Positions 1-10,549 of a stretch of 64,000 nucleotides of DNA are shown piece by piece. This DNA comes from Candidatus Aminicenantes bacterium (GTDB taxonomy: Bacteria > Acidobacteriota > Aminicenantia > Aminicenantales > Saccharicenantaceae): the NCBI GenBank assembly GCA_963717865.1, contig CAVQXL010000004.1:1064243-1128242 (forward strand), read 5' to 3'. A program made the translations under genes and the position numbers. The notes beneath the pieces were generated by a model, which was given only the letters and a program-made list of their open reading frames with translations, did no database searches and had not been told where the DNA came from. Within the stretch, counting starts at the first letter, position 1, and the number at the start of each line of letters is the position of its first letter.

Positions 1-1981
1 GCTGCATCTCTTCAGCCCGACCATGTACAACGAGGTCCGCATCGGGTACCACCGCGATTACGCGGACTGGCCGCGCCTCGCGCCTGAGGTTCCGTCGATC
101 GGCGGCTACTCCTTTGCCGACGGCGTAACGGTCATCGGCGACTACCCGAACATGCCCCAGAAGTTCGCCAACAACACCTATCAGTTGGTGGACGTCCTGA
201 ACTTCCAGGTCGGCAACCACAGCATCAAGGTCGGCGGCGAAGCCAGGCTCTGGAACTCGGATTCGATGTTCGACGCCAACGTCGCGGGGAGCTACTATTT
301 CGTCGATTCGACGTGGTTCCTCTATGACCTCGGCGCCTATTACCTGGTCATCGGGGCCGACCCGCCCGACCCGCCCGAGGGCAATCCCTACGTCACGGGC
401 GCCGCCCAGGAAGAATGGAAACAGGGCGATTCCCGCAGGAAATGGAAAGGGTTCGAAGGCGGCCTGTTCGTCCAGGACGACTGGCGCGTGACGGACAAGC
501 TGACCGTTTCCCTCGGCCTGAGATGGGAATACTACGGAGTCCCCAAGGAAACGTCCGGAAAGGGCATCAACATGCCCGCCTTCGGGACCAAGGCAGGCTT
601 CGAATCGAAGCAGATCATCGAGGGGACGTTCGGCGAGGAAGGGATCAAGTACCTCATCTTCGACGGCCGCCAGAAGCTCGGCAAGGGGCTCTGGAATCCC
701 TATTACAAGGCGTTCGCTCCCAAGGTCAGCTTCGCTTACGACCTGACCGGCGACGGCAAGACGTCGCTGCGGGCCGGTGCCGGCATCTCCTATGACCGCA
801 CCTTCAACAACACGTACGAGAACGACCGGTTCAACTACCCCGACTTTACGTTCGCCTCGATCGCGAGCTGGGATATTCTGTATGGGTATGATGTAGGAAG
901 CCCCCCGATCAAGGTCACCTATCCCGGGACCGTCCCACAGGCGAACATCACCGGCTACAGGGCCGCCCTGCGGTGGATGCTCCCCGACCTTCAGCCTCAG
1001 AAGGCCTATAATTGGCTGGTCGGGGTCCAGAGAGAGCTCTCGACGAACGTCTCCATCGAGCTCAATTACACGGGCTCCAAGGGCGCAAACCTGGGCTCCA
1101 TCCAGCGGCCGAACCGCTTCACCGGGGACGGGGTCGACCGCCGTCCGGACGGGATCAACGCCTACACCGCCATCCGGGACCTCAACCTTCGCACGCAGAA
1201 CCTGAAATCCGATTACCACGCGTTCACCGCCACGATCAACAAGAGGTTCGCGAACGGCTGGTCCTGGTATACGGCTTATACTTATGGCATCGCCAAGGAC
1301 CAGAACTCCGACTACTTCGGTGAAGGCGATACCGGGAGCGGCACGGTCATGGAAGCCGTCTCCAACGAGCGGATCTCCGACGAGTACGGCTACGCCCAGT
1401 TCGACCGGCGGCATCGGGTCGTCGGCGGCATGATCTACGACATCCCCTTCTTCAAGAACTCCAAGAACTGGTTCCTGAAGAACGTCGTCGCCGGCTGGCA
1501 GATCTCCAGCAACTTCCACTTCACGTCCGGCGCTCCGTTCTCGATCCGGGCCGCTTCCTCGAGCCAGGATTGGAACAAGGACTACGATTACAACGACAGG
1601 CCGCTGTGGCTCGGCGGCAGCAACTACCAGGAGATCATCAACTGGACGAACGGCAAGCCCGGTTGGGACAAGAGCTCCTTTGCCGTCCCGACGCCTCCGT
1701 CGGGCGCCAACGACCTCAGCTACTACGATCAGACCTTCGCCCCGCGGAACGCGTTCAAGTGGTTCCCGACCCACAACATCAACATCTCTCTGCAGAAGTA
1801 CTGGACCGTCCCCATGGCCGGGAGGGAATTCACGGTTCAGGCGATCGTCGAGGTCTTCAACGTCCTCAAGTCCTACTTCTGGAATCTCCCCAACACGAGC
1901 TGGACCGATACGCGATTCGGCATATCGCAGCGGATGAGCGGCCAGAGGACGTCCCAGGTATCGCTCCGGATCATGTTCTAA
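1..1981 (+). CDS. TonB-dependent-receptor-like outer-membrane beta-barrel, C-terminal part (5' partial)
   Basis: The frame is open from the window edge, with no stop before the first ATG at 23. Barrel-type motifs are present (FDRRHRVVGGMIYDIPFF, GWQISSNFHFTSGAPFSI). The protein ends in a C-terminal Phe (SLRIMF), as in OM barrels. A strong terminator follows. Confidence 0.75.
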   Translation, partial: LHLFSPTMYNEVRIGYHRDYADWPRLAPEVPSIGGYSFADGVTVIGDYPNMPQKFANNTYQLVDVLNFQVGNHSIKVGGEARLWNSDSMFDANVAGSYYFVDSTWFLYDLGAYYLVIGADPPDPPEGNPYVTGAAQEEWKQGDSRRKWKGFEGGLFVQDDWRVTDKLTVSLGLRWEYYGVPKETSGKGINMPAFGTKAGFESKQIIEGTFGEEGIKYLIFDGRQKLGKGLWNPYYKAFAPKVSFAYDLTGDGKTSLRAGAGISYDRTFNNTYENDRFNYPDFTFASIASWDILYGYDVGSPPIKVTYPGTVPQANITGYRAALRWMLPDLQPQKAYNWLVGVQRELSTNVSIELNYTGSKGANLGSIQRPNRFTGDGVDRRPDGINAYTAIRDLNLRTQNLKSDYHAFTATINKRFANGWSWYTAYTYGIAKDQNSDYFGEGDTGSGTVMEAVSNERISDEYGYAQFDRRHRVVGGMIYDIPFFKNSKNWFLKNVVAGWQISSNFHFTSGAPFSIRAASSSQDWNKDYDYNDRPLWLGGSNYQEIINWTNGKPGWDKSSFAVPTPPSGANDLSYYDQTFAPRNAFKWFPTHNINISLQKYWTVPMAGREFTVQAIVEVFNVLKSYFWNLPNTSWTDTRFGISQRMSGQRTSQVSLRIMF

Positions 1982-2012
1982 GGTTCAAGTACTCGAGCAC
2001 ACGCACACGCTC

Positions 2013-2052
2013 AAAGCCCTGCCCCGGTTCGCCGGGGCAGGGCTTTTCTTTT
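2013..2052 (+). terminator. Rho-independent terminator
   Basis: Perfect inverted repeat aaagccctgccccgg / ccggggcagggcttt around a ttcg loop, running into a ttttctttt tract. It lies 30 nt after the stop of the barrel gene. Confidence 0.85.
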
Positions 2053-2094
2053 GGGCCGATTGATGCCGCGCATACATTCTGGTATATTTTTCGA

Positions 2095-4224
2095 ATGGCG
2101 CCCATGATCAGGATCGTCGGATTCGTCCTGCTCCTGCTCTTCCCGGGCCTGGACCTCTATGCCTTATCCGGCGCCGGGGCCAAGGTCGCCAGGGAGGGGA
2201 ACCTCAACGTCCTCCTCATCACCCTGGATACGATGAGAGCCGATCGCCTGGGCGCCTACGGGTGGGGCAAGGCCAGGACCCCGAACATCGACGCCCTGGC
2301 CGCGGGGGGCGTGAGGTTCGCCCATGCCTATTGCCCGGCGCCCCTGACCCTTCCTTCCCATTGTTCCATCCTGACGGGGACCTATCCTCTTTACCATAAG
2401 GTCCGTAACAACGGTTCCTACTACCTGGGCCCGGAGGCTGTGACCCTGGCCGAGAGGCTCCGGGATCGGGGCTTTGCGACGTCGGCTTTCGTCGCCTCGT
2501 TCAACGTCGATTCGCGGTTCGGGGTGGACCAGGGGTTCACGATATACGATGACCGCTCCGACGATGAGCAGATGCTGAAGACGTTCCGGTCCGAGCGCCG
2601 CGGCGACAAGGTCGCGGACGCGTTCATCAGCTGGCTGGAAGCCAACTCCGGGAGCCGGTTCCTTTCCTGGGTCCACTTCTACGATCCCCACATGCCCCAC
2701 GACCCGCCTTCGCCGTACAAAGAGGAGTTCGCCGCCGACCTTTACGACGGCGAGGTCGCGTTCATGGACCATGAGCTGGGTCGGGTCATCGACGCCCTGA
2801 GGGCCAAGGGCGTCCTGGACAGGACGCTCATCGTCATCGCCGGCGACCACGGCGAGGCGCTCGGCGAGAAGGAAGAGCTCGATCACGGCATCTTCCTCTA
2901 CGACGGAACGATGAAGGTCCCGCTGATCTTCTACGCGGACAAGCGTCTGCCCGGGGGCCTGGTCGTCGATTCGCGGGTCAGGCTCATCGACATCATGCCC
3001 TCGGTGCTGGATATGCTCGGGATCCCGGTGAATCGGGAGGTCCAGGGAACGAGCCTCCTGCCCTTCATCGAAGGCCGGGAGGAGGGAGACCTGCCCTGCT
3101 ACATCGAGACCTACTATCCTCCGGAGACCTTCGGCTGGGCGGAGCTTCGGGGCCTCGTCGACGGGGACTGGAAATTCATCCGGGCGCCGCGTTCGGAGCT
3201 TTACGACCTGAAGAAGGACCCCCGGGAAGAGAAGGACCTCGTCGGGCGCGAGGCCGGGACCGCCGCCCGTCTCAACAGGAAGCTCGACGACATCATCAAA
3301 ACCTATACGTCGAAGACGGAGCCCGGCCGGAGGACGCTCACGGGCGAAGAGGAAGCCCGCCTGCGGTCGCTGGGCTATATCGGGGCCGACGCCTCGGTCA
3401 AGGTCGGCAAGGGGCCCCTGCCGGACCCCAAGGACAAGATGGGGGAATTCAAGACCCTCTTCAAGGCGAAGCTCCTGGAATATCAGGGCAACTTCGAGGA
3501 GTCCGAAAAATATTATCGGGAGATCCTCCGGCTGGAGCCGGACGTCTCCTGGCATTACATCGGGCTGGCCATCCTTCTGGCGAAGGAGCGGAAGGTCGGC
3601 GACGGCATCGAGGTCCTTAAGAGCGGGCTCGCGCGGCTTCCGGATTCGGTCGTCCTCATGTCGCGGCTGGCCAGCTTCTACATGAGGGCCGGGAATTTCA
3701 AGGAGGCCTTCGCGATGAGCCAGGCTACCCTGAAACGGGACCCCAAGCATTTCGACGCGCTGGTCATCGCCGGGTGGTCCGAGGATATGCGCGGCCGCTG
3801 GAAGGAATCGGCGGGATATTTCGGAAAGGCCCTGAAGATCGAGCCGGAGAACAAGTACACCCGCCTGAAATACGCCTACGCCCTCGGGGCGCTCGGCCGG
3901 GGGGAGGAAGCGGCCCGGATGGACGAGGCTCTCAAGAAGGATCATCCCGGGGATTATCGGGTCCACGCCGACCTCGGGGTCATTTACGCCTCGATGAACA
4001 AGCTGGACCTGGCCGAGGAGAACCTCCGGAAGGCCGTCGAGCTGAAGCCCGGGCCCGACGCCTATCTGGCGTACTCGGCGATCCTCGAGCGCATGGGAAG
4101 GCTCGAGGACGCCGTCGCCAACCTGAAGCTGTTCCTCGAGACCGCGAAGGAAGGGGACACTCCCAGGACGCGGAAAGCCCGCGCGGCGCTTGCGGAATGG
4201 GAACGGAGGATCAGGGAGCGATGA
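2095..4224 (+). CDS. Alkaline-phosphatase-superfamily (sulfatase-like) hydrolase fused to C-terminal TPR repeats, paralogue 1
   Basis: The ATG at 2095 starts a signal/anchor peptide (MAPMIRIVGFVLLLLFPGL). Sulfatase-fold motifs are LLITLDTMRADRLG, TLPSHCSILTGTYP and IAGDHGE. The C-terminal ~250 aa are TPR-like. The stop overlaps the next start (ATGA at 4221-4224). Confidence 0.85.
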   Translation: MAPMIRIVGFVLLLLFPGLDLYALSGAGAKVAREGNLNVLLITLDTMRADRLGAYGWGKARTPNIDALAAGGVRFAHAYCPAPLTLPSHCSILTGTYPLYHKVRNNGSYYLGPEAVTLAERLRDRGFATSAFVASFNVDSRFGVDQGFTIYDDRSDDEQMLKTFRSERRGDKVADAFISWLEANSGSRFLSWVHFYDPHMPHDPPSPYKEEFAADLYDGEVAFMDHELGRVIDALRAKGVLDRTLIVIAGDHGEALGEKEELDHGIFLYDGTMKVPLIFYADKRLPGGLVVDSRVRLIDIMPSVLDMLGIPVNREVQGTSLLPFIEGREEGDLPCYIETYYPPETFGWAELRGLVDGDWKFIRAPRSELYDLKKDPREEKDLVGREAGTAARLNRKLDDIIKTYTSKTEPGRRTLTGEEEARLRSLGYIGADASVKVGKGPLPDPKDKMGEFKTLFKAKLLEYQGNFEESEKYYREILRLEPDVSWHYIGLAILLAKERKVGDGIEVLKSGLARLPDSVVLMSRLASFYMRAGNFKEAFAMSQATLKRDPKHFDALVIAGWSEDMRGRWKESAGYFGKALKIEPENKYTRLKYAYALGALGRGEEAARMDEALKKDHPGDYRVHADLGVIYASMNKLDLAEENLRKAVELKPGPDAYLAYSAILERMGRLEDAVANLKLFLETAKEGDTPRTRKARAALAEWERRIRER

Positions 4225-6341
4225 GGAACGCGGCGATCGCCCTCGCCATTCTCTTATCCGCCCCGGGCGTCGCCTCCCCGTCCGCGTCCGCGGACACCGT
4301 GACCAGGGACGGCCGGCTGAACGTCCTCCTCGTGACCCTGGATACGACGCGGGCGGACCACGTCGGCTGCTACGGGTACGCGAAGGCCGAAACGCCGGTC
4401 CTCGACTCCCTGGCCCGGAACGGCGTCCGATTCGTCAACGCCTATTGCCCGACGCCGCTGACCCTCCCTTCCCACTGCTCGATCCTTACGGGGACCTATC
4501 CTCTCCGCCACAAGGTCCGGAACAACGGCAGCTATTACCTGGCCGACGAGGCGGTGACGCTTGCCGAAAGGCTCAAGCAGAACGGATACCTGACGTCGGC
4601 GTTCGTCGCCTCCTTCAACACCGATTCGAGATTCGGGCTCGGACAGGGCTTTGACGTCTACGACGACCGGTTCGGCGGGGACGAGATGCTGAAGACGTTC
4701 CGTTCCGAAAGGCCGGCCGACAAGGTTGCGGACGCGTTCCTCTCCTGGCTGGACTCGGCGAATCCCCGGGCCCGGCTCTTTTCCTGGGTCCATTTCTTCG
4801 ATCCGCACGCCCCCTATGAGCCCCCGCCGCCGTATAGGGAGAAGTTCGCGGATGCCCCCTATGACGGCGAGATCGCTTTCATGGACCACGAGCTGGGGCG
4901 GATCATCGACGCCCTGCGGGCGAAGGGCATCCTGGACCGGACGCTCGTCGTCGTCGCCGGAGATCACGGCGAATCCCTGGGGGAACACGGGGAGAGCAAC
5001 CACGGCATCTTCATCTATGACTCCGCGATGAAGGTCCCGCTCGTCCTCTCCGCTCCGGGGAACCTCCCCAGGGGACTGGTCGTGAGCTCGAAGGTCAGGC
5101 TCATCGACCTCATGCCCACCGTCCTCGACGCGCTCGAGATGCCCGTGAACTCCGAGGTCCAGGGAGAGAGCCTCCTGCCGTTCGTCGAGGGAAAAAAGAA
5201 GGAGGGCCTGGCCTGCTATCTCGAAAGCTTCTATCCCACGGAGACCTTCGGCTGGTCGGAGCTCGTGGGGCTCGTCGAAGGGGACCGGAAGTTCATCCGG
5301 GCCCCGCGTTCGGAGCTCTACGACCTGACGAACGATCCTCGAGAGGAGAAGGACCTGGCGTCGCGGGAAGCCCGGACGGCCTCGCTCCTCAACAGGAGGC
5401 TCGACGAGGTCATCCGCGCCCACGTCTCGAACGCGGAACCGGGCCGCCGGACCCTGACGGGGGACGAAGAGGACCGTCTGCGCTCCCTGGGCTACGTCGG
5501 GGCGGGCGCCGCGCCGGCGGTCGGAAAGGGGCCCCGCCCGGACCCCAAGGACAGGATCGGGGAGAGCACGATCCTCTCGCGGGCGAAGCTTCTCGAATCC
5601 GAGGAAAAGTACGGGGAAGCCGAGAAATGTTACCGCGAGCTTCTCGGCCTGAGACCCGACGTCCCCTGGCACTATATCGGCCTGGGCGCGCTCCTTGTCA
5701 AGGCGCAGAGGGTCGCCGAGGGGATCGATGTCCTGAAGGAGGGGCTGGGTCGAATGCCGGATTCGGCGATCCTTCACGCGAGGCTGGCGAGTTTCTACAT
5801 GAAGATCGGACGCTTCCCCGAGGCCTTCGAATCGAGCCGGAACGCCCTGAAGCTGGACCCCCGGAATTTCGACGCGATGGTCATCGCGGGCTGGTCCGAG
5901 GACATGCGCGCCAACTGGACGGAAGCCGCCGGCTTCTACCGCAAGGCCCTGGATATCGAGCCGGAGAACAAGACGGTCCGGATGAAATACGCCTATGTTC
6001 TGGGGGCCATGGGGCGCGGCGACGAGGCCGCCCGGATGGATGAGGCCCTCAAGAAGGAATATCCCGAGGATCCCAAGATCTACACCGACCTTTCGGTCAT
6101 CTATACGGCCCAGGGCAAGCTTGACCAGGCCGAGGGGAATCTCAGGAAGGCCGTCGCGTTGAATCCCTCGGCCGAGAACCATCACCGGCTGGGGACGCTC
6201 CTCGGGCGGATGGGAAAGCTCGAGGACGCCGTCGCCCAGATGAAGCTTTTCCTCAGGAAGACCGGCGAGGGCGAGACCCCCAGGAAGGCCAAGGCCCGCG
6301 AGTCGGTCGCGGAATGGGAAAGACGGATCAAGGGGCAATGA
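4221..6341 (+). CDS. Alkaline-phosphatase-superfamily (sulfatase-like) hydrolase-TPR fusion, paralogue 2
   Basis: MRNAAIALAILLSAPG signal peptide. It is collinear with paralogue 1 along its whole length (LLVTLDTTRADHVG, TLPSHCSILTGTYP, VAGDHGE, TPR tail ending AEWERRIKGQ). ATGA overlaps occur at both ends. Confidence 0.85.
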   Translation: MRNAAIALAILLSAPGVASPSASADTVTRDGRLNVLLVTLDTTRADHVGCYGYAKAETPVLDSLARNGVRFVNAYCPTPLTLPSHCSILTGTYPLRHKVRNNGSYYLADEAVTLAERLKQNGYLTSAFVASFNTDSRFGLGQGFDVYDDRFGGDEMLKTFRSERPADKVADAFLSWLDSANPRARLFSWVHFFDPHAPYEPPPPYREKFADAPYDGEIAFMDHELGRIIDALRAKGILDRTLVVVAGDHGESLGEHGESNHGIFIYDSAMKVPLVLSAPGNLPRGLVVSSKVRLIDLMPTVLDALEMPVNSEVQGESLLPFVEGKKKEGLACYLESFYPTETFGWSELVGLVEGDRKFIRAPRSELYDLTNDPREEKDLASREARTASLLNRRLDEVIRAHVSNAEPGRRTLTGDEEDRLRSLGYVGAGAAPAVGKGPRPDPKDRIGESTILSRAKLLESEEKYGEAEKCYRELLGLRPDVPWHYIGLGALLVKAQRVAEGIDVLKEGLGRMPDSAILHARLASFYMKIGRFPEAFESSRNALKLDPRNFDAMVIAGWSEDMRANWTEAAGFYRKALDIEPENKTVRMKYAYVLGAMGRGDEAARMDEALKKEYPEDPKIYTDLSVIYTAQGKLDQAEGNLRKAVALNPSAENHHRLGTLLGRMGKLEDAVAQMKLFLRKTGEGETPRKAKARESVAEWERRIKGQ

Positions 6342-8462
6342 GAATCCCGGCCGTCCTCCTCATCCTGTTCCTTTCCGCGGGGCCCGGGCGCCCTCTTTTC
6401 TCAGCGACCGACGTCAAAAGGGACGCCGGACTCAACGTCCTTCTCGTGACGCTCGACACGACACGGGCGGACCGTATCGGCGCCTATGGGTACACCAAGG
6501 CCAGGACGCCCGCGCTCGACTCCCTTGCCGCCGGAGGCGTCCGGTTCGTGAACGCTTACTGCCCGGTTCCGATGACCCTCCCATCGCACTGTTCCATCCT
6601 CACGGGGACCGGCCCGCTCTATCACAAGGTCCACAATAACGGGACCTATTACCTCAACAAGGATATCGTCACCCTGACCGAGAGGCTCAAGGAGAAGGGT
6701 TACAGGACGGCGGCGTTCGTCAGCTCGTTCAACGTGGACTCCCGTTTCGGCGTCGCGAAGGGGTTCGACGTCTTCGACGACCGGTTCCACGACGACGAGA
6801 TGATAAAGACGTTCCGGTCGGAGCGGCGGGGAGGGGAGACCACGGCCGCCTTCCTCCGCTGGCTGGACGAACCGGGGCAAGGCCCGTTCTTCTCGTGGAT
6901 CCACTACTACGATCCCCATACGCCCTACCACCCCCCGTCGCCGTTCCGGGAGGAATTCGCCTCCGACCCGTACGACGGCGAGATCGCCTACATGGACTCC
7001 TGCTTCGGGAAGGTCCTGGCGCGGCTCCGGGAAAAGGGCCTCCTCGAGCGGACGCTCATCGTGGTCGCCGGGGACCACGGCGAGGCGTTCGGGGAGAAGG
7101 GGGAGCTGGGCCACGGCGTTTTCATCTATGACGTGACGATGAAGGTCCCGCTCATATTCCACGCCCCCGGGAATCTCCCCAAGGGCCAGGTCGTGGCTTC
7201 GCGGGTCAGGCTCATCGATGTCATGCCGACCGTCCTCGACGCGCTGAAGATGTCCATCAACAAGCCGGTCCAGGGGACGAGCCTCCTGCCCTACATGGAG
7301 GGCCGCAAGAAGGAGGACCTGCCGTGTTACCTGGAAAGCTACTATCCGCTCGAGACCTACGGATGGTCCGAGCTCGTCGGTCTCATCGACGAAGGATGGA
7401 AGTTCATCCGGGCGCCCCGGTCCGAGCTCTATGACATCAAGACCGACCCCGGAGAGACCCGGGACCTCGTGGGGAGGCAGGCGGGAAAGGCGTCGGCGAT
7501 GATGCGAAAGCTCAAGGACACGATCGCCGCGGATTCTTCCGGCCTCGCCCTGAGCCGGAGGAAACTCAGCCGGGAAGAAGAGGAGCGGCTGAGGTCGCTG
7601 GGCTATGTGGGGAACGACGCTTCGGTCCGCGTCGGGAGCGGGCCTCTGCCCGACCCTAAGGACCGGATGCCCGAGTTCCATATCCTCTACCGGGCCAAGA
7701 CGAACGAATGGGATGGAAAATGGGATGACGCGGAGAAGGATTATCGGGAGATCCTCCGCCTCCAGCCCGACGTCGCCTGGCGCTACGTGGACCTGGCGAT
7801 CTTCCTGACGATCCGCGACAGGCTTCCCGAGGCCATCGCGGTCCTCAGAGCAGGGGCTGACCCGGATGCCGGATTCCTTCGTCCTCCTCACGCGGCTCGC
7901 CCATTTAGAAATGGGGGCGGGCCATTACGACGAGGCCGGTGAGATGAGCCGGGCGGCCCTCCGGATCGATCCCGGGCATTTCGATTCCCTGGTCATCGCC
8001 GGCGGCGTCGAGGACGTCCGGGAGAACTGGGAGGAATCGGTATCCCTCTACCGGAAGGCCCTGGAGGTCGAACCCGAGAACAAGAAGATCCGGATGAAGT
8101 ACGCTTTTGCGCTGGGAGCCCTGGGCCGGGGAGACGAGGCCGCGAAGATCGACGAGGCGCTGAAGGCGGAATTCCCGGACGATACCCGGCTCCGCCAGGA
8201 CCTGGGCGTCATTTATGCCGGCCTGGGCCGGTGGAACCTGGCCGAAGAGAACCTGAGGAAGGCCGTCGAGCTGCAGCCGTCGCCGGAGACCTGGTTCAAT
8301 CTCGCCTCCGTCCTCGAGCAGTCGGGGAAGCTCGCCGAGGCCGTCCGCTATCTCCAGCTCTATATCGAAAAGACCACGGAAGGCGAGACGCCCCGCAAGG
8401 CGAACGCCCGGAAAGCCCTGGCCGATTGGCAGCGGCGCCTGAAAACGCCGCCGGGGCCATGA
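6338..8462 (+). pseudogene. Alkaline-phosphatase-superfamily hydrolase-TPR fusion, paralogue 3, split by one frame change near 7857
   Basis: ORF 6338-7942 carries the catalytic domain. ORF 7866-8462 carries the TPR tail (MPDSFVLLTRLAHLEM... aligns with RMPDSAILHARLASFYM of paralogue 2). Removing one g from the gggg run at ~7853-7857 restores LRAGLTRMPDSF. Span length is 3n+1. Confidence 0.8.
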
Positions 8463-9931
8463 AGAAAATAAAGATCACCATGGAGGCGAATATGAAAAGG
8501 ATCATCGTATTGACGACCCTTCTTGCCGTCGCGCTCGCGGGCCTGGTCCCGTCTGCCGCGGCCGCGAAGAAGGAACAGGACAAGTATGAGAAATGGATCA
8601 AGGAGGAGGTCGCGCTCCTCGTCCTCCCGGAGGAAAAGGCCGAGTTCGAAAAGCTCAAGACGAACGAGGACAAGGACCGGTTCATCGAGCTGTTCTGGGC
8701 CAAAAGGGACCCCTCGCCCGGCTCCAAGAACAACGAGTTCCGGGACGAGTGGCTGGCGAGGCTCGAATATGTCAATAAGACCTATGCCTCGGGCTTGGGG
8801 CCCAAAGGCTGGCGCTCGGACATGGGCAAGGTCTATCTCTTTTTCGGGCCCCCGGTCCAGGTCCAGGGAGGGGCGACCGGGGTGAGACCCGAGTCCGCGG
8901 GTGGAACCCAAATGGAGGCCCCGTCGGAGACGTGGCTCTATCAGCCGATGCCGGACCTCAGCCTGACCGACGCGTTCTCGGTCGTTTTCCGGAACTTTCA
9001 GTTCGGATACGAGATCGACCAGTCGACGCCGCAAAAGGTCCGGCGGGCCATGGAGGTCTTTCCCAAGATCGTCGTCTTCAACCCCGACCTCAAAGAGCTC
9101 CCGATGTACAAGTACGTCCTGGACGAGACCTCCCTCGAGGGGAAGATGATCCAGGATTTCATCGCGACCGGGAACGAGGTCAAGGGCCTTTCGCTCGAGT
9201 GGGCGCCCATTTACACCCGGGCCATGGGCGGCAGTACCTACGTTTCTCTGCTCGTCCAGATCGATCCGGGGACGATCGACCGGAAGAAGCTCAAGGAAAC
9301 GACCTTCTTCGGCCGGCTCAAGGGCGAAGGCGATGAGGTCCAGGACTTCTTGACGACGGTCCGGGTCGAAAAGGAGAAGGCCGACAAGCTGGTCGTGGTC
9401 TTCGGCTTCCCGGCCAAGCCCGGCAAATCGGTGCTCTACCTCGGGGCGGAAGACGCGGACAAGCAGAACCCGACCCTGATCAAGGCCGACCTGGACGTCA
9501 AGGATTTCTGGAAGGGCGAGCTCGACACGAGCTCCCTCATCCTCAGCTCCGAGGTCGTCTCCAGGCCCAAGGACGAGGCGCCCGGGGCATTCAGCCCCTA
9601 CGTCACGAGCGATTACAGGGCCACGCCGCGCTGGGGAAGCGTCTTCCGGGCGAACGAGGACCTGAGCGTTCTCTTCCATATCTACAACGCCGGGACGAAC
9701 AACGGCGAGGTCGATCTGACCGTCGATTACTTCATCATTTCGGCCGAAGTGGGCTACAGGCTGAACCCTCAGACGATCCGGGTGAGGGTGGAGGAGAACC
9801 AGACCGTTGCCGGGGGGACGCAGGTCCCTCTCTCGCCGCTCAAGCCCGGGAAATACACGTTCAAGCTGAAGGTCACGGACAAGGTCGCCAACAAGGCGAT
9901 CGAGCGGACCGCGGAGTTCGCGGTCGAATAG
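8459..9931 (+). CDS. GWxTD-domain protein (secreted)
   Basis: The ATG at 8459 overlaps the preceding stop (ATGA); an alternative start is at 8492. Signal peptide is MKRIIVLTTLLAVALAGLVPSAAA. The motif GWRSDMGKVYLFFGPP matches the GWxTD family signature as I remember it. Confidence 0.7.
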   Translation: MKKIKITMEANMKRIIVLTTLLAVALAGLVPSAAAAKKEQDKYEKWIKEEVALLVLPEEKAEFEKLKTNEDKDRFIELFWAKRDPSPGSKNNEFRDEWLARLEYVNKTYASGLGPKGWRSDMGKVYLFFGPPVQVQGGATGVRPESAGGTQMEAPSETWLYQPMPDLSLTDAFSVVFRNFQFGYEIDQSTPQKVRRAMEVFPKIVVFNPDLKELPMYKYVLDETSLEGKMIQDFIATGNEVKGLSLEWAPIYTRAMGGSTYVSLLVQIDPGTIDRKKLKETTFFGRLKGEGDEVQDFLTTVRVEKEKADKLVVVFGFPAKPGKSVLYLGAEDADKQNPTLIKADLDVKDFWKGELDTSSLILSSEVVSRPKDEAPGAFSPYVTSDYRATPRWGSVFRANEDLSVLFHIYNAGTNNGEVDLTVDYFIISAEVGYRLNPQTIRVRVEENQTVAGGTQVPLSPLKPGKYTFKLKVTDKVANKAIERTAEFAVE

Positions 9932-9934
9932 GGG

Positions 9935-10548
9935 GTGACTGTGAGACAAAAACTTTCGGTATCGATCCTTCTCGGCCTGGCGGTGCTGGCGTCGGGCTGC
10001 GCCACCGCCGGCCCGAAGGGGAAGCCCGGCGAGGCGTCCAAGTCGGCCACGTTCAACTACTCCTGGCAGGACAAGAATCTGGCGATCATCCTGGATGTCG
10101 AACTGGCCCGGAGGCGGACCGAAGAGCCCTTTTTCCCGCTGGGCATCAAGATCGCCAACAAGCGGCTCAACAGGATCATCGTCGACCGGGAGACGCTCTT
10201 CCTGGTCAACGAAGCGGGCACCGTTTACCCGATGCCTTCGGTCGAGGAGCTTTCCCTCCAGTACGATAAGCTGACGCCCGACAACAAGTTCATCAGCCAG
10301 ACGGGCGTATTGGGGGACCAGATCATGACCGGGTTCTCCTACTACCGCAAGGCCGTGGGCCGCCTCTTCCCTCAGACCCAGGGAGGGGGCGGACCGTCGA
10401 TGCCATCTACGTCCAAACGAACGGCTATATGGAGGACCTTGTCTATTTCCCGATGCCCGAGGGCGGTATCAAGGGGAAGACCCTCAGGCTCAGGCTGGAC
10501 GTCTATGAGCTCGGAAAGCCGCTCGATATCGCGTTTCGCGTCGATTAG
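9935..10548 (+). pseudogene. Lipoprotein of unknown function, one frame change near 10385
   Basis: GTG start with a lipobox (LAVLASGC). After the gggaggggg run (~10380-10390) a coherent continuation lies in the -1 frame (RTVDAIYVQTNGYMEDLVYFPMPEGGIKGKTLRLRLDVYELGKPLDIAFRVD, stop 10546-10548). Span length is 3n+2. Confidence 0.55.
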
Positions 10549-10549
10549 G

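Noticed and set aside
2164-6338. Very long antisense ORFs (2164-3966 and 4254-6338, minus strand) opposite the sulfatase-TPR genes. Similar cases are 12454-15159(-), 29165-31390(+), 35504-36886(+), 45820-48792(-) and 42070-43563(-).
   Set aside because: These are typical shadow ORFs of GC-rich DNA. Their translations are low-complexity and R/P/G/D-rich with no motifs, while the opposite strand encodes clearly recognisable proteins.
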